This document shows, in pieces, positions 35,585-45,624 of a stretch of 45,624 nt of DNA (position 1 is the first letter of the stretch; each line of letters opens with the position of its first letter). The notes beneath the pieces are model-generated. The model made no database searches and had not been told where the DNA came from. It was given only the letters and a program-made list of their open reading frames with translations. This DNA is from Octopus bimaculoides (lineage: Eukaryota): NCBI RefSeq assembly GCF_001194135.2, contig NC_068989.1:93919734-93965357 (forward strand), in the 5' to 3' direction. Position numbers and translations under genes: made by a program.

Positions 35585-36760
35585 TGCAAGGACAATCCGA
35601 ACACAGATAGGTGCTCTAAAGAGTGACCGGTAGAGCGAAAGTGGCGCGAGACTGGGGTGTCATTGCCGAGTCGGATGTCTCGGAGGTGTTCTGTTAACCG
35701 GACAGCCAAGCGGCATCCCGTCTGACCGATGTATAGAGAAGGACAGAGAGCAGGAGATGCTGTAGATGACGTTGCTAGAAGTGAAGGAGTCAGTGATATG
35801 ATAGGTTCGATGATGGGTGCCTGTGAGGAGGGTGGTGTTGGAGAGGTAAGGGCAAGTTCAGCAGCGTGGGCGGGAGCAGGGAAACGAGCCGAGTTGGGAG
35901 ATTGGGTTAGGGAAGAAGCTGTGGACCAAAAGGTCTCGTATGTTTTGGGCTCGGTTGAAGGAGCTGTGGGAAGCTGTGTGAAGTGGAGGTGTCGGACTGG
36001 AGTCACCGGAAACCTCGGAGAATGGTGCATTGGAGAGGTGGGGTAGTAGGTGAGGGGAGACGAGTAACAGCGGGGCGGGTACGGTGGAGAGAGCAAACGC
36101 ACGGTCGACGGAACGTGCTCTGGCAATGGTGGTGTGAATACTGGTTGTCACGGCAGAGCCTGCGTAGATAGAGGAATTGGGAATAGGGGATGGAGGACTT
36201 GGTGTGTTTAGGGTGGGAGGAGGGGAAGTTGATGTATGGGTGTGAGTCTGTGTGTTTGTAGTGGATGGGAGTGGTGAGGGTGGAGTGATGAATGCTCACC
36301 GAAATGTCGAGAAAGGCGACTGACGTGTCGGAAATTGTGAAGGGCAGGATGGAAATATTTGACAAAAGAGAGAAAACAGTCTAGATGTTCGCGGGAGAGT
36401 GAGGTCAAACGGGACCAGTGAAACTTGAGAATATTTGGGCCTCAACGTAGCCAACGAATAGGTTCGCATAGTTGGGGCCCGTCTCATTCCCATGGCCACT
36501 CTCGAAACTTTCTGGTAAAAATCACCCGCGAACGAGTAGCAATTAATTGAGAGGACAATTTCGGCTTGACGATGGAGTGTGGAAGTGTCAGGTTGGGGGT
36601 TGGGTCGAAGGTCAATGAAATGTTGGAGTGCACGCAGCCCTTCGTGGTGCGGATCACCGTTTATAGACTCTTGATGTCAAGAGTGAAGAGCAGTTTAGAG
36701 GGGCCAGTAGGGGAGGAGAAAGAGTTGAACAAACGAAGAGTATGGTTGGTGTCATGTATA
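35585..36760 (-). mobile_element. Penelope-like retroelement: decayed reverse transcriptase and GIY-YIG endonuclease, truncated at both ends
   Basis: RT motifs YIHDTNH, LFTLDIKSL*TVI, VAMG...GPNYANLFVGYVE, FLDISV and HYKHTDSH...SSHPKHTKSSIPYSQF. Linker GSFPCSRPRC. Endonuclease SLYIGQTGCRLAVRLTEHLRDI...PVSRHF. Confidence 0.95.
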
Positions 36761-36761
36761 T

Positions 36762-37090
36762 AGAAGCAGGCGTGGCTGTGCGATAAGAAGTTTGCTTTCG
36801 AACCACGCTGTTCCTAGTTCAGTCCCACTCTGTGCCACTTGGGCAGGTGTCTTCTATAGTCTCGGACCGACGAAAGCCTTATGAATGGATTTGGTAGACG
36901 GAAACTGAAAGAATCTGTGTCTGTGTGTGCTTGTGTGTCTGTATTTGCCCTCCTTTCATTCGCTTGGTAATCGGCGTTGGTGCGTTTACATCCCCGTAAA
37001 CTGATAGAATAAGTACTGGGGTCGGTTTGTTCAGCTAAAAGCGGTGCTCCAGTATGACCGCAGTCAAAAGACTGAACAAATAAAAGAATA
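36762..37090 (+). mobile_element. SINE family A, full length, abutting the PLE 5' truncation
   Basis: GCAGGCGTGGCTGTGCGATAAGAAG...GTTCAGTCCCAC...GGATTTGGTAGACGGAAACTGAAAGAA...GCGGTGCTCCAGTATGACCGCAGTC. Confidence 0.9.
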
Positions 37091-37457
37091 TAGGTGCTTG
37101 TGTGTGTGTGTGTGTGTACGAGAGGAAATAATTTCAAGGCGAGAAGAAAATGTGTTAAATGCATTAACAAATATTGGTTATATACTTCTGTATTTATATT
37201 TACTAATGGACCACAGTATACTATTACACAAATTATTAATAACTATTCGGTCATTAACCTCGCTATGTAACATAAAATTCGTAATGCTTTCTATAATTTT
37301 GTTTCAATATACGAAAATATATTCTATATATTGAGTGGTTATAAAAAACATTGTAAATGATATGTTATGTCATTCGAATGACAGCAGTTTCTAGTCAGTT
37401 CTTTCCTTCAAAAGTTTGCGATCTTTTGTAATATATTGGTGTGTATGTATCGATCCT

Positions 37458-37488
<31 letters not shown>

Positions 37489-37574
37489 TTATATATACAC
37501 ACATATACGCATACATACATACATACATACATAGGGAATCCCATTGAAGGCTTCGAGTGGAATGTTCCCTACTA

Positions 37575-37628
37575 AAGGCGGTGCTCCAGCATGGCCACAG
37601 TCAAATGACTGAAACAAGAAAAAGAATA
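37575..37628 (+). mobile_element. SINE family A 3' tail fragment
   Basis: ACTAAAGGCGGTGCTCCAGCATGGCCACAGTCAAATGACTGAAACAAG. Confidence 0.8.
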
Positions 37629-38621
37629 ACTTAATAAGCTTCTTGTAATACCTGCTAATCTTATCTTGCGTCTTCTTTACAAATGGCGGGAAGAAAATAC
37701 CAAGATGTAAACATTCTTGAAGGAAACAGACGGTTAATAGATTTAAAATTATATAAGATCGACATATACAAGTATATCAAATATCAAACAATATACATTA
37801 TTTTTATATATTAAAATTATCTGTGCTTGTATGGTTTGTGTCATTAATTAACAAACAAGAACTGAAATCACTTTAAAATTGAAAATCGAGATACTCTAAA
37901 GAATCAAGTGTCCTTGAAAGCTGACATCTCAGTAAAAGGAGAGGATTATTGTCTGGCGATAAGAGGAAAGCTATGGGTACGTGATTCTGCCCCAATATGC
38001 GTCAGTAGCACGATTGGTGTGCACCCACATCTGTTATCAACAAAATTAGACTTGAGCAAAAACAGCAAGACACATTAATGCCCTAAGTAATTTGTATAAT
38101 TTAAGATAATTACTTAAGGGAAATAACTCAGGATGACCAGTGACATCCATTCCAACAGCATAGATGTATACAATTATATTAAATGCTATAAAATATAAAG
38201 TCTAGATTTATTAAAGTTATCTCTGCCTCTAGATGTGTTGAATATAAAAATAACAATTAAGGTCATCTACATAGGAGCAGGGAACATAATCTCGTGATGC
38301 ACAGTGACAGGTCTATTAATTAGAAATAAGGGGACAGTCGTGGAGGCGCTAATTATGTGCGTATTAACTCTTTATCTTTTCGATTAAAAATCAATTTAAA
38401 ATCAAAACACCTATATGTAATCACCAACCAACCCCGACAGAGACATTCACACACATTCTGCTTTCAACTTTGAGTGTTAAACGCTATTATAGTCGACGGA
38501 TATTCGATTTACGTCAAGCTAAGACTTACAGGCGTCAGTTAGTCTGCTACTTTAATGTAAGATTCGTTTAGCTTTTACTAGCAAAATTTAATCGAGAATA
38601 TATATATATATGTATAAATAT

Positions 38622-39463
38622 ATAAGGTGCGATAGTTAAATTGTTGCCATTTTATACATTTATTTTCGCGCACTGTTTGTTTTCGATTTTGTCGGTTACA
38701 CTGCATAGAGGGATCATTTGGGTACCCTCTGTGAGAAAAACAGTACCATGGCACTATTCAAGTTGCTAGAAATTTGGGAACGACATGTTGTAATGCTTGG
38801 GCTTCGCGCTGGAAGCTCCAACACAAACACTTCAGAGTGTTAGGGTGTCAGTCTCAGGACAGTGCAATATGAGAAAATGTACCTAGAGTGATAAAAATCA
38901 AACATCCGTTCAGCATCATAGTGTTTGGAGTGATGACGAAGTTATTCATCAATTCATCTTCCAAAACGGCCTCAGACTCAACATGGAGGTCTACCTGAAG
39001 TGCCTGGAGGAGGTAATACTGCCTCGGATCAAGAGGGTAGCTGCTGGAAAACCCCCGTGCCTAGCAACAGGAATCTGCACTATGCCACACAAGCTCGGGA
39101 ACTCAATCATGGCTGTCACACAATTTGTAACATCCGGTCACCTACCTCCCCGACTGCAAACGCCTTGATTATTATGAGTGGCGCGCAGATGAGCGAGAGA
39201 CCAACAAAACTCCTTGTCACACCAAAGATGAACTGAAGCCAGGGATTATGGCAGCATTCACTAGCTTCAAGAATGAGATTATCCAGAAGAGTTTCAGGAA
39301 ATTCTGAAGTCGTTTGGAGGCCGTAGTTGAACCGAAAGGCGATTTAATTGAATAAATTTATTCTTTAGTATTTCAACATATTTTTATGTAATTTTTGAAA
39401 ATATTTCTGTTAAAATTTTTGATTTTCCGTAATTTAGGCGACAGTTTATTCACCGCACCCTGT
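38622..39463 (+). mobile_element. maT/DD37D element, internally deleted non-autonomous copy 2
   Basis: Imperfect TIRs AAGGTGCGATAGTTAAATTGTTGCC and GGCGACAGTTTATTCACCGCACCCT (18/25 as an inverted match). Transposase remnants GLRLNMEVYLKCLEEVILP and ERETNKTPCHTKDELK. Confidence 0.88.
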
Positions 39464-39472
39464 GTGTGTATG

Positions 39473-39514
<42 letters not shown>

Positions 39515-39521
<7 letters not shown>

Positions 39522-39860
39522 GTTAAAGAGGACAACAAACGTTAAGGCAAGGCAAACACCTGAAGTCATATACATTATCATTATTGGAAAAAATTCAAAG
39601 TCTTACAGCTGTTTCTGGGATATACCAGAGTGTGAGATATTCCGTCATCGGAGACAAGTCGGGAAAATGAAATGACGACATAGAAGACGGGAGAAAAGGA
39701 ATAAGGAGTTGAAGAAAGAGAAGAAAACAGAAGCATAAAAGTTCACATTTCAACTTTCCGTAGTTATAGAAATAAGTCCATAAGTGCTTAGGTGCAATCA
39801 CGCGTAGATCCATGTGGGTTAAAAGTCCTGATATTGTAAACATTCAGAAAACAGACGCCA
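39515..39860 (-). mobile_element. 3' end of a Penelope-like element: endonuclease C-terminal remnant, HHR motif (39600-39655) and tail into (TA)n
   Basis: YNIRTFNPHGSTRDCT* (39838-39788) resembles the PLE terminal L.T..P.GLN motif. Then GUCU-CCGAUGA-C GGAAUAU...AUAUCCC A-GAA-AC AGCU GU-A/AGAC. Confidence 0.75.
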
Positions 39861-40149
39861 ACATGTCAACTTACAATAACAGAATGGTAGTAGAGGTGGC
39901 TATTAAGTGATAAAATGAAAGTAAATAAATAGAAAGAGAGGTAGATAGAGGTAGGGGGAAGTTAAAGATTTGCTTTAGGATAAAGTAAGGTATATAAGCA
40001 TATTATGTCTAAGAATATAGTGTACAGAGATAGCCAAGAAGGTGACAGGAGCAAAATGAAAGGGATTTAAAGAGAATAGTATGTGCCAGCGGTATTCTTC
40101 TAGCCTAGAGGGGTTGGTAAGGAATTCTAGTAGTAAATACTTGTGCCCA

Positions 40150-40288
40150 TTCACAAATCCACTCACAAGGCTTTCGTCTGCTGAGGTTAAATTAGAAGAG
40201 ACTTGTCCAAGGTGCGACGCACGGGGACTGAATCCGGAACCATGTGGTTGGTAAGCAAGCGACTTACCACACAGCCACTCCTGCACCT
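40150..40288 (-). mobile_element. SINE family A, 5' half
   Basis: Reverse complement reads GGTGCAGGAGTGGCTGTGTGGTAAGTCGCTTGCTTACCAACCACATGGTTCCGGATTCAGTCCCC. Confidence 0.9.
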
Positions 40289-40297
40289 ATATGTAAT

Positions 40298-40663
40298 TGT
40301 TTGTTGCTGGCACTCCGTCGAGTGTTCCAGTTGATCCGATCAACGGAACAGCCTTCTCCTGAAATTAACATGCAAGTGGCTGAGCACTCCACAGACACGT
40401 GTACCCTTAACGTAGTTCTCGGAGATATTCAGCGTGACACAGTGTGACAAGGCTGACCCTGTGAATTACAAGCACAACAGAAACAGGAAGTAAGAGTGAG
40501 AGAGTGTTGTGGTGAAAGAGTACAGCAGGGTTCGCCACCATCCTCTGCCGGAGCCTCAGGTGTCTTCGCTCAATAAACACTCACAACGCCCGGTCTGGGA
40601 ATTGAAACCGCGATCCTATGACCGCGAGTCTGCTGCCCTAACCACTGGGCCATTGCTCCTCCA
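40298..40663 (-). mobile_element. SINE family C, full length with 11-bp TSD
   Basis: Inverted homolog of 12756-13137. CTATATGTAAT is duplicated at 40287-40297 and 40664-40674. Confidence 0.93.
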
Positions 40664-41566
40664 CTATATGTAATACACACATATATAATAAATACAGATA
40701 TATATTTCAAAAATTGTAATTGCGATTGAAAGTTTGAAATACTGCACAATCGATGGAGAGGAGAATTAAATATTTCACGGTACTTTCATGAGTGTCTGCT
40801 CTCTGAGTACAAATCTCGCTGGAGGCAAATATACATTTCGTTCATTACGGGGCAGAGAAAGAAGTATTAATCCTTGGAAGCAGATTCGTATAAATGTTAC
40901 AGGGTCCGGGAAAATGTTTTGTGTGATATCTTCCGACACTTTGTTTTCCTGATGGCAACATCTATTGTGGTCTGCCAAAATTCATATGATAGATGTTGTA
41001 CAGAAAAAAGGAAGTAATGCATCCTCTTGTTATTGACATACTTACTCGTTGTCATTTCCTTACCCTTATAAACAATTTTATCTGCTTCTCACTAACTGAT
41101 GTATTCATATAACTAATTCATTTTCGCTACCCCCATTTCCGCTAGGTGTTTTCCTTACCTCATTCCCATTCAGCCCCTTCATAATAGCTCACTTTAAACG
41201 CATATATTTTTTTAATACTGCTGTGAAATACGCTTTTAGCCATAATATTGTGATGAGTGCGATATGAGTTCCTCTTACGGATTCAATACATTTTGGTTTT
41301 ACAACGCAATAGACAGTTGTTTTATAAGAGATGGGTAGCTCGAAACATGTCATGATGAATTTGTTTCATTTGTATTCAATCAAACCTTCTTGTGTTTATC
41401 GGTTTTTTTCTCCCATACCTAATCGACAAGTATAGTTCATGTAGCCGACTTTTTTACACATGAGTCACCTGCACTAGGTGAAGGAATTGGAATTTAAGAA
41501 GTTGTCATTCATCTGAGCATTAATCTGTAAATATTGATACCGCGGTTGTTCTAGCATTATCTGACA

Positions 41567-41655
<89 letters not shown>

Positions 41656-43435
41656 AACATCCATTGTTAAACAGGTAGATAGATAGATAGATCAGTGTAT
41701 AAGTTCTCGTGCGTGTTCAAATATGCTCATCTCATAAGTCATACACTGGCTGTCCAGTGTCGTTCTGCCAAAGAATCATGCATAGTAAAATATCTGCGCA
41801 GCGACGGGAAAACAGCTTCAGCTAACGTTTTTACTTTTTATATTAGGAATTCTTCAACCTGCTTATATAACCAATCGCATACACACAGATGTATATTCAT
41901 ATATATATATATATATGAGGCATATGTATGTTTATATCTATATAATGCAGACGAATATGTGCTTTTCTGTATAAATGTGGCTTTAGAATTATATGTGTTA
42001 TTAATCATACTATCTCTTTTATATTTTATCAGCTGAATTTATTACTTGTCAATATCTCTGCCATATATTATATCAGATCATTATGAATTGATTTCTTAAC
42101 TATATCTTTTAAGCTTTTCTTTTCCCTAGGCTTTGATCATAGTATCCTTTCAGCATCTTTCCCTTTTCTGATTGCAAGCATATCTATATATACATATATA
42201 TAATACTTAGGGTAGAGTTCAAAATCCTTAACCTTGATTAATAGAGCAGTGTAGTCGTGTTGACTAGACTTATATGTGTTATCGTTTGTATGAAATATAT
42301 ATATTCACATTGGATCAAACAAAATATGAGAAATGTGTTAAGAAACATCAATATAAGAAACTTCTAAACGCGTCTAGTCTTGTAGACGAACACACACTCT
42401 CTCTCTCTCCCTCTCCCTCTCTCTCTCTCTCTCTCACACACACACATACACACGCGCATATATATCCATGCTTGTGGAATGCATGTGTTTGGGTGTGGTG
42501 GTATATATATATATATANNNNNNNNNNNNNNNNNNNNNNNNNNNNNNNNNNNNNNNNNNNNNNNNNNNNNNNNNNNNNNNNNNNNNNNNNGCGTGAGTGT
42601 TGATGTCGGATATAATCGGTGAATATATTTTCGAAGAAACAATAAATTAAAAAAATACAAATCTTTTAACGTATTAAGAATGTTGCTGTTCTCGAAAAGT
42701 AAAAAGAAAAAAGGAAAAAATACAAAAAATTAAAATTCATATCTCTCTTTTACAGCAAACACCCTACGAGTCTGTAGATAATGAAGCATTTAGCAGATTA
42801 TATGTAAAACAATTTGATATAAATGTAACATAATTTATATAATCATTCTAACGTTCAACAGTAATTTTATAGAATTAATTGTAGCAAGCTTAACATTATC
42901 CTAATACTTGGGTAAAGATCTGCTATTTCATTTCAACTACTCTTATTAATATCCAACTGATACACTTTAAACGTTATTATAGCTTTTGTATTAACGTGAG
43001 CTGATACAGTTTATATCCTCTACTGCCAGTATCAGAGTTCAGCTGCAAGCGTTATTTATAAGTCTCAAACATTGAAATTAATCCACTTAAAGATGGCGTT
43101 TGAATTGCACGATAGGTTAACGAGACTTGCCAAATTATAACCTAGAGAATTGGTAATTGCATGATAATTATTTGATAACTACGTGATAATTAATTGGCAG
43201 CTACAAGCTAATTAATTGATGCCTACATTAAAATCAATTGAAAATTAAAGAGTTGTTGCTGTCTTATTTTATCTATATTATTTTCTAATAGATAATGTTA
43301 AGGTCTAGAATTAGAAAACGCTGTGTTTATTTAAACCTTCATCAAGTGAAGAAAAGAAAATTGGTAAAAATAGAACAGGAAAGGAAGATATAATGATCCA
43401 CAACTCTTTCACTCTTACTTACACACACACACACA

Positions 43436-43967
43436 NNNNNNNNNNNNNNNNNNNNNNNNNNNNNNNNNNNNNNNNNNNNNNNNNNNNNNNNNNNNNNNNN
43501 NNNNNNNNNNNNNNNNNNNNNNNNNNNNNNNNNNNNNNNNNNNNNNNNNNNNNNNNNNNNNNNNNNNNNNNNNNNNNNNNNNNNNNNNNNNNNNNNNNNN
43601 NNNNNNNNNNNNNNNNNNNNNNNNNNNNNNNNNNNNNNNNNNNNNNNNNNNNNNNNNNNNNNNNNNNNNNNNNNNNNNNNNNNNNNNNNNNNNNNNNNNN
43701 NNNNNNNNNNNNNNNNNNNNNNNNNNNNNNNNNNNNNNNNNNNNNNNNNNNNNNNNNNNNNNNNNNNNNNNNNNNNNNNNNNNNNNNNNNNNNNNNNNNN
43801 NNNNNNNNNNNNNNNNNNNNNNNNNNNNNNNNNNNNNNNNNNNNNNNNNNNNNNNNNNNNNNNNNNNNNNNNNNNNNNNNNNNNNNNNNNNNNNNNNNNN
43901 NNNNNNNNNNNNNNNNNNNNNNNNNNNNNNNNNNNNNNNNNNNNNNNNNNNNNNNNNNNNNNNNNNN
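43436..43967. other. Assembly gap (largest; others near 1589, 16953, 20442, 21253, 23357, 31779 and 42518)
   Basis: N runs, mostly flanked by (TA)n/(CA)n tracts. Confidence 0.99.
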
Positions 43968-44129
43968 GCGCGTATGAATGCATGCGTATACATATATATA
44001 TTTATATGTATGTGTATCTCTACCTATCTATCTCCCATACACACACATATGTGCATATATATATATGCGCGCGTGTATGTGTGTGTAGGTATATATACAT
44101 ATTTGTGCGTTTTTGAGTGTATATATATT

Positions 44130-44273
44130 CTGTCTGTTTACTTCCTCGTGTTCCATTTCGTTGAAGAGCGTAGACTCGAAACGTAAAATACTTTCTCACC
44201 TTCCCGAGCTTTAACCTAATACACCTTTTGTTTATACACCTGTCTTCGTCTTTTGTTTTACTGCAAATTTCTA

Positions 44274-44276
<3 letters not shown>
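44130..44276 (+). mobile_element. Short PLE-type terminal fragment, same family as 16743-16950, with a decayed HHR (44155-44189)
   Basis: ATTT-CGTTGA-A-GAG CGTAGA CTC-GAA-ACGT-A/AAAT, then TTCCCGAGC...CTAATACA...ACACCTGTCTTCGTCTTTTGTTT ending in (TA)n. Confidence 0.7.
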
Positions 44277-44312
<36 letters not shown>

Positions 44313-44951
44313 CACTGTCCAAATGATATTACGCGATTTCCACACCTAGTGATTTATTTTAAAATATAAGGATATTTGGAATTGTAACACTGAATTGTTT
44401 AGTATCGCTTGACCTAAATAGAATCCTTACTCACATGCACACAAACTGTAAAATTAACCAGCTTGCTTTAATCCAAATGATCACAGTTTTAGAACTTTAA
44501 ATATCCACTGATGATACTGAAAGAAGACACAAGAATGCGCTTTCAAGTAAGTAGTATCTTGTATCTGTGTGTTAGCTAGATGAGATTTTCTTCCCCCAGC
44601 CGTCGCACGTTTCACGTGAAAGGGTCGAAGCATGTGAATCACTTTGTCTGGGCCCTTTTATAGTTAATGCACGAGAAGCAAAATTTCAGTGCTAAAAATT
44701 TTCAAACTACGAAACAGAAAGTTGCCCGTCAAGATTGATAACACTGTAGCCAACGAGTGAATCTCTGCACGACGTTGCTTGTGAATCAAAAATCAAAACA
44801 TAAATATTTCCTACTACCAAATATCAGTCAATTGCAAGTAACGACCGAGAGGCTGTGATTTATCAATCACTCAATCATTAAATCTATTTTTCTATCTATG
44901 TCTACCTTTCTCCATCGCTCTTTATGTGTATACACATACATGTGTGTGTGA

Positions 44952-45029
<78 letters not shown>

Positions 45030-45580
45030 GTACGTTTTTATCTACATATGTGTATAGCTACATATGTGTATATGTATGTGTGTATTATTGTTTGTATATT
45101 GTGTGGTATGTATTCGTTTGTTTTTATCTTTGTTTCTGATATAAAACTATGAATAGCACAGAAATAGTGTTTTGCCGAATTTCAGATATATTAAGTTATA
45201 TATTTATCTATAGATATAAAGGTATTTACGTAACAATCGATTTTTCAATCAATCATTTGGCGTCGGGGCGTCTGACGTACACGGTGATTTGTTAATTATC
45301 CTTTATTTCATATTTTTAGCATATCTATATATCTTAAAATAATTCTTTTCGAAATTACCCGCAATGGATTCTTCGCTGAAACATTCGGCGGAGCAAACTT
45401 CCAACTAATTTTTCTGTAGTTATATTGGCGAGATACAGAAACTCCATAAATAACTGCATGATATTAAAATGGCGATATTTCTCACTGAGTGTAAACCGTA
45501 ACGATACTGGATACACCGGTGATATATTATTCATTGATTCAGATAAAATACTCATTCATAAATATATAAACAAGCACACA

Positions 45581-45624
<44 letters not shown>

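Noticed and set aside
35040-35585. Repeat-like segment with CCGACTTTG twice, truncating the PLE
   Set aside because: Probably a non-autonomous DNA-transposon relic, but I found no matching inverted termini or TSD, so it is left unclassified.

Overview
AT-rich, repeat-dominated eukaryotic DNA, very probably from an octopus (inferred from three tRNA-derived SINE families I recognise from Octopus genomes and the dense (TA)n/(CA)n microsatellites). It is a draft assembly with eight N-gaps, most of them next to microsatellites. I found no convincing host protein-coding exon; most ORFs in the track are microsatellite or antisense artefacts. Mobile-element content: a near full-length mariner fossil, two internally deleted maT (DD37D) copies, a Tc1 fragment, a Tigger-like MITE, a Helitron 3' end, a decayed Penelope-like (PLE) RT/GIY-YIG element, an ORF1-only zinc-knuckle retroelement that appears to split a SINE head, and about 15 SINE copies. 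The most notable signal is a set of short PLE-type termini carrying type I hammerhead ribozyme (HHR) motifs from several unrelated families. Three have intact CUGANGA/GAAA cores (6587-6681, 13752-13803, 32723-32767), two more have a single core change, and others are decayed. Nearly all run at their 3' end into (TA)n tracts, two sit in fold-back inverted repeats, and all the best-preserved ones are on the minus strand. All alignments and folds were done by eye, so boundaries are approximate and nothing was database-verified.
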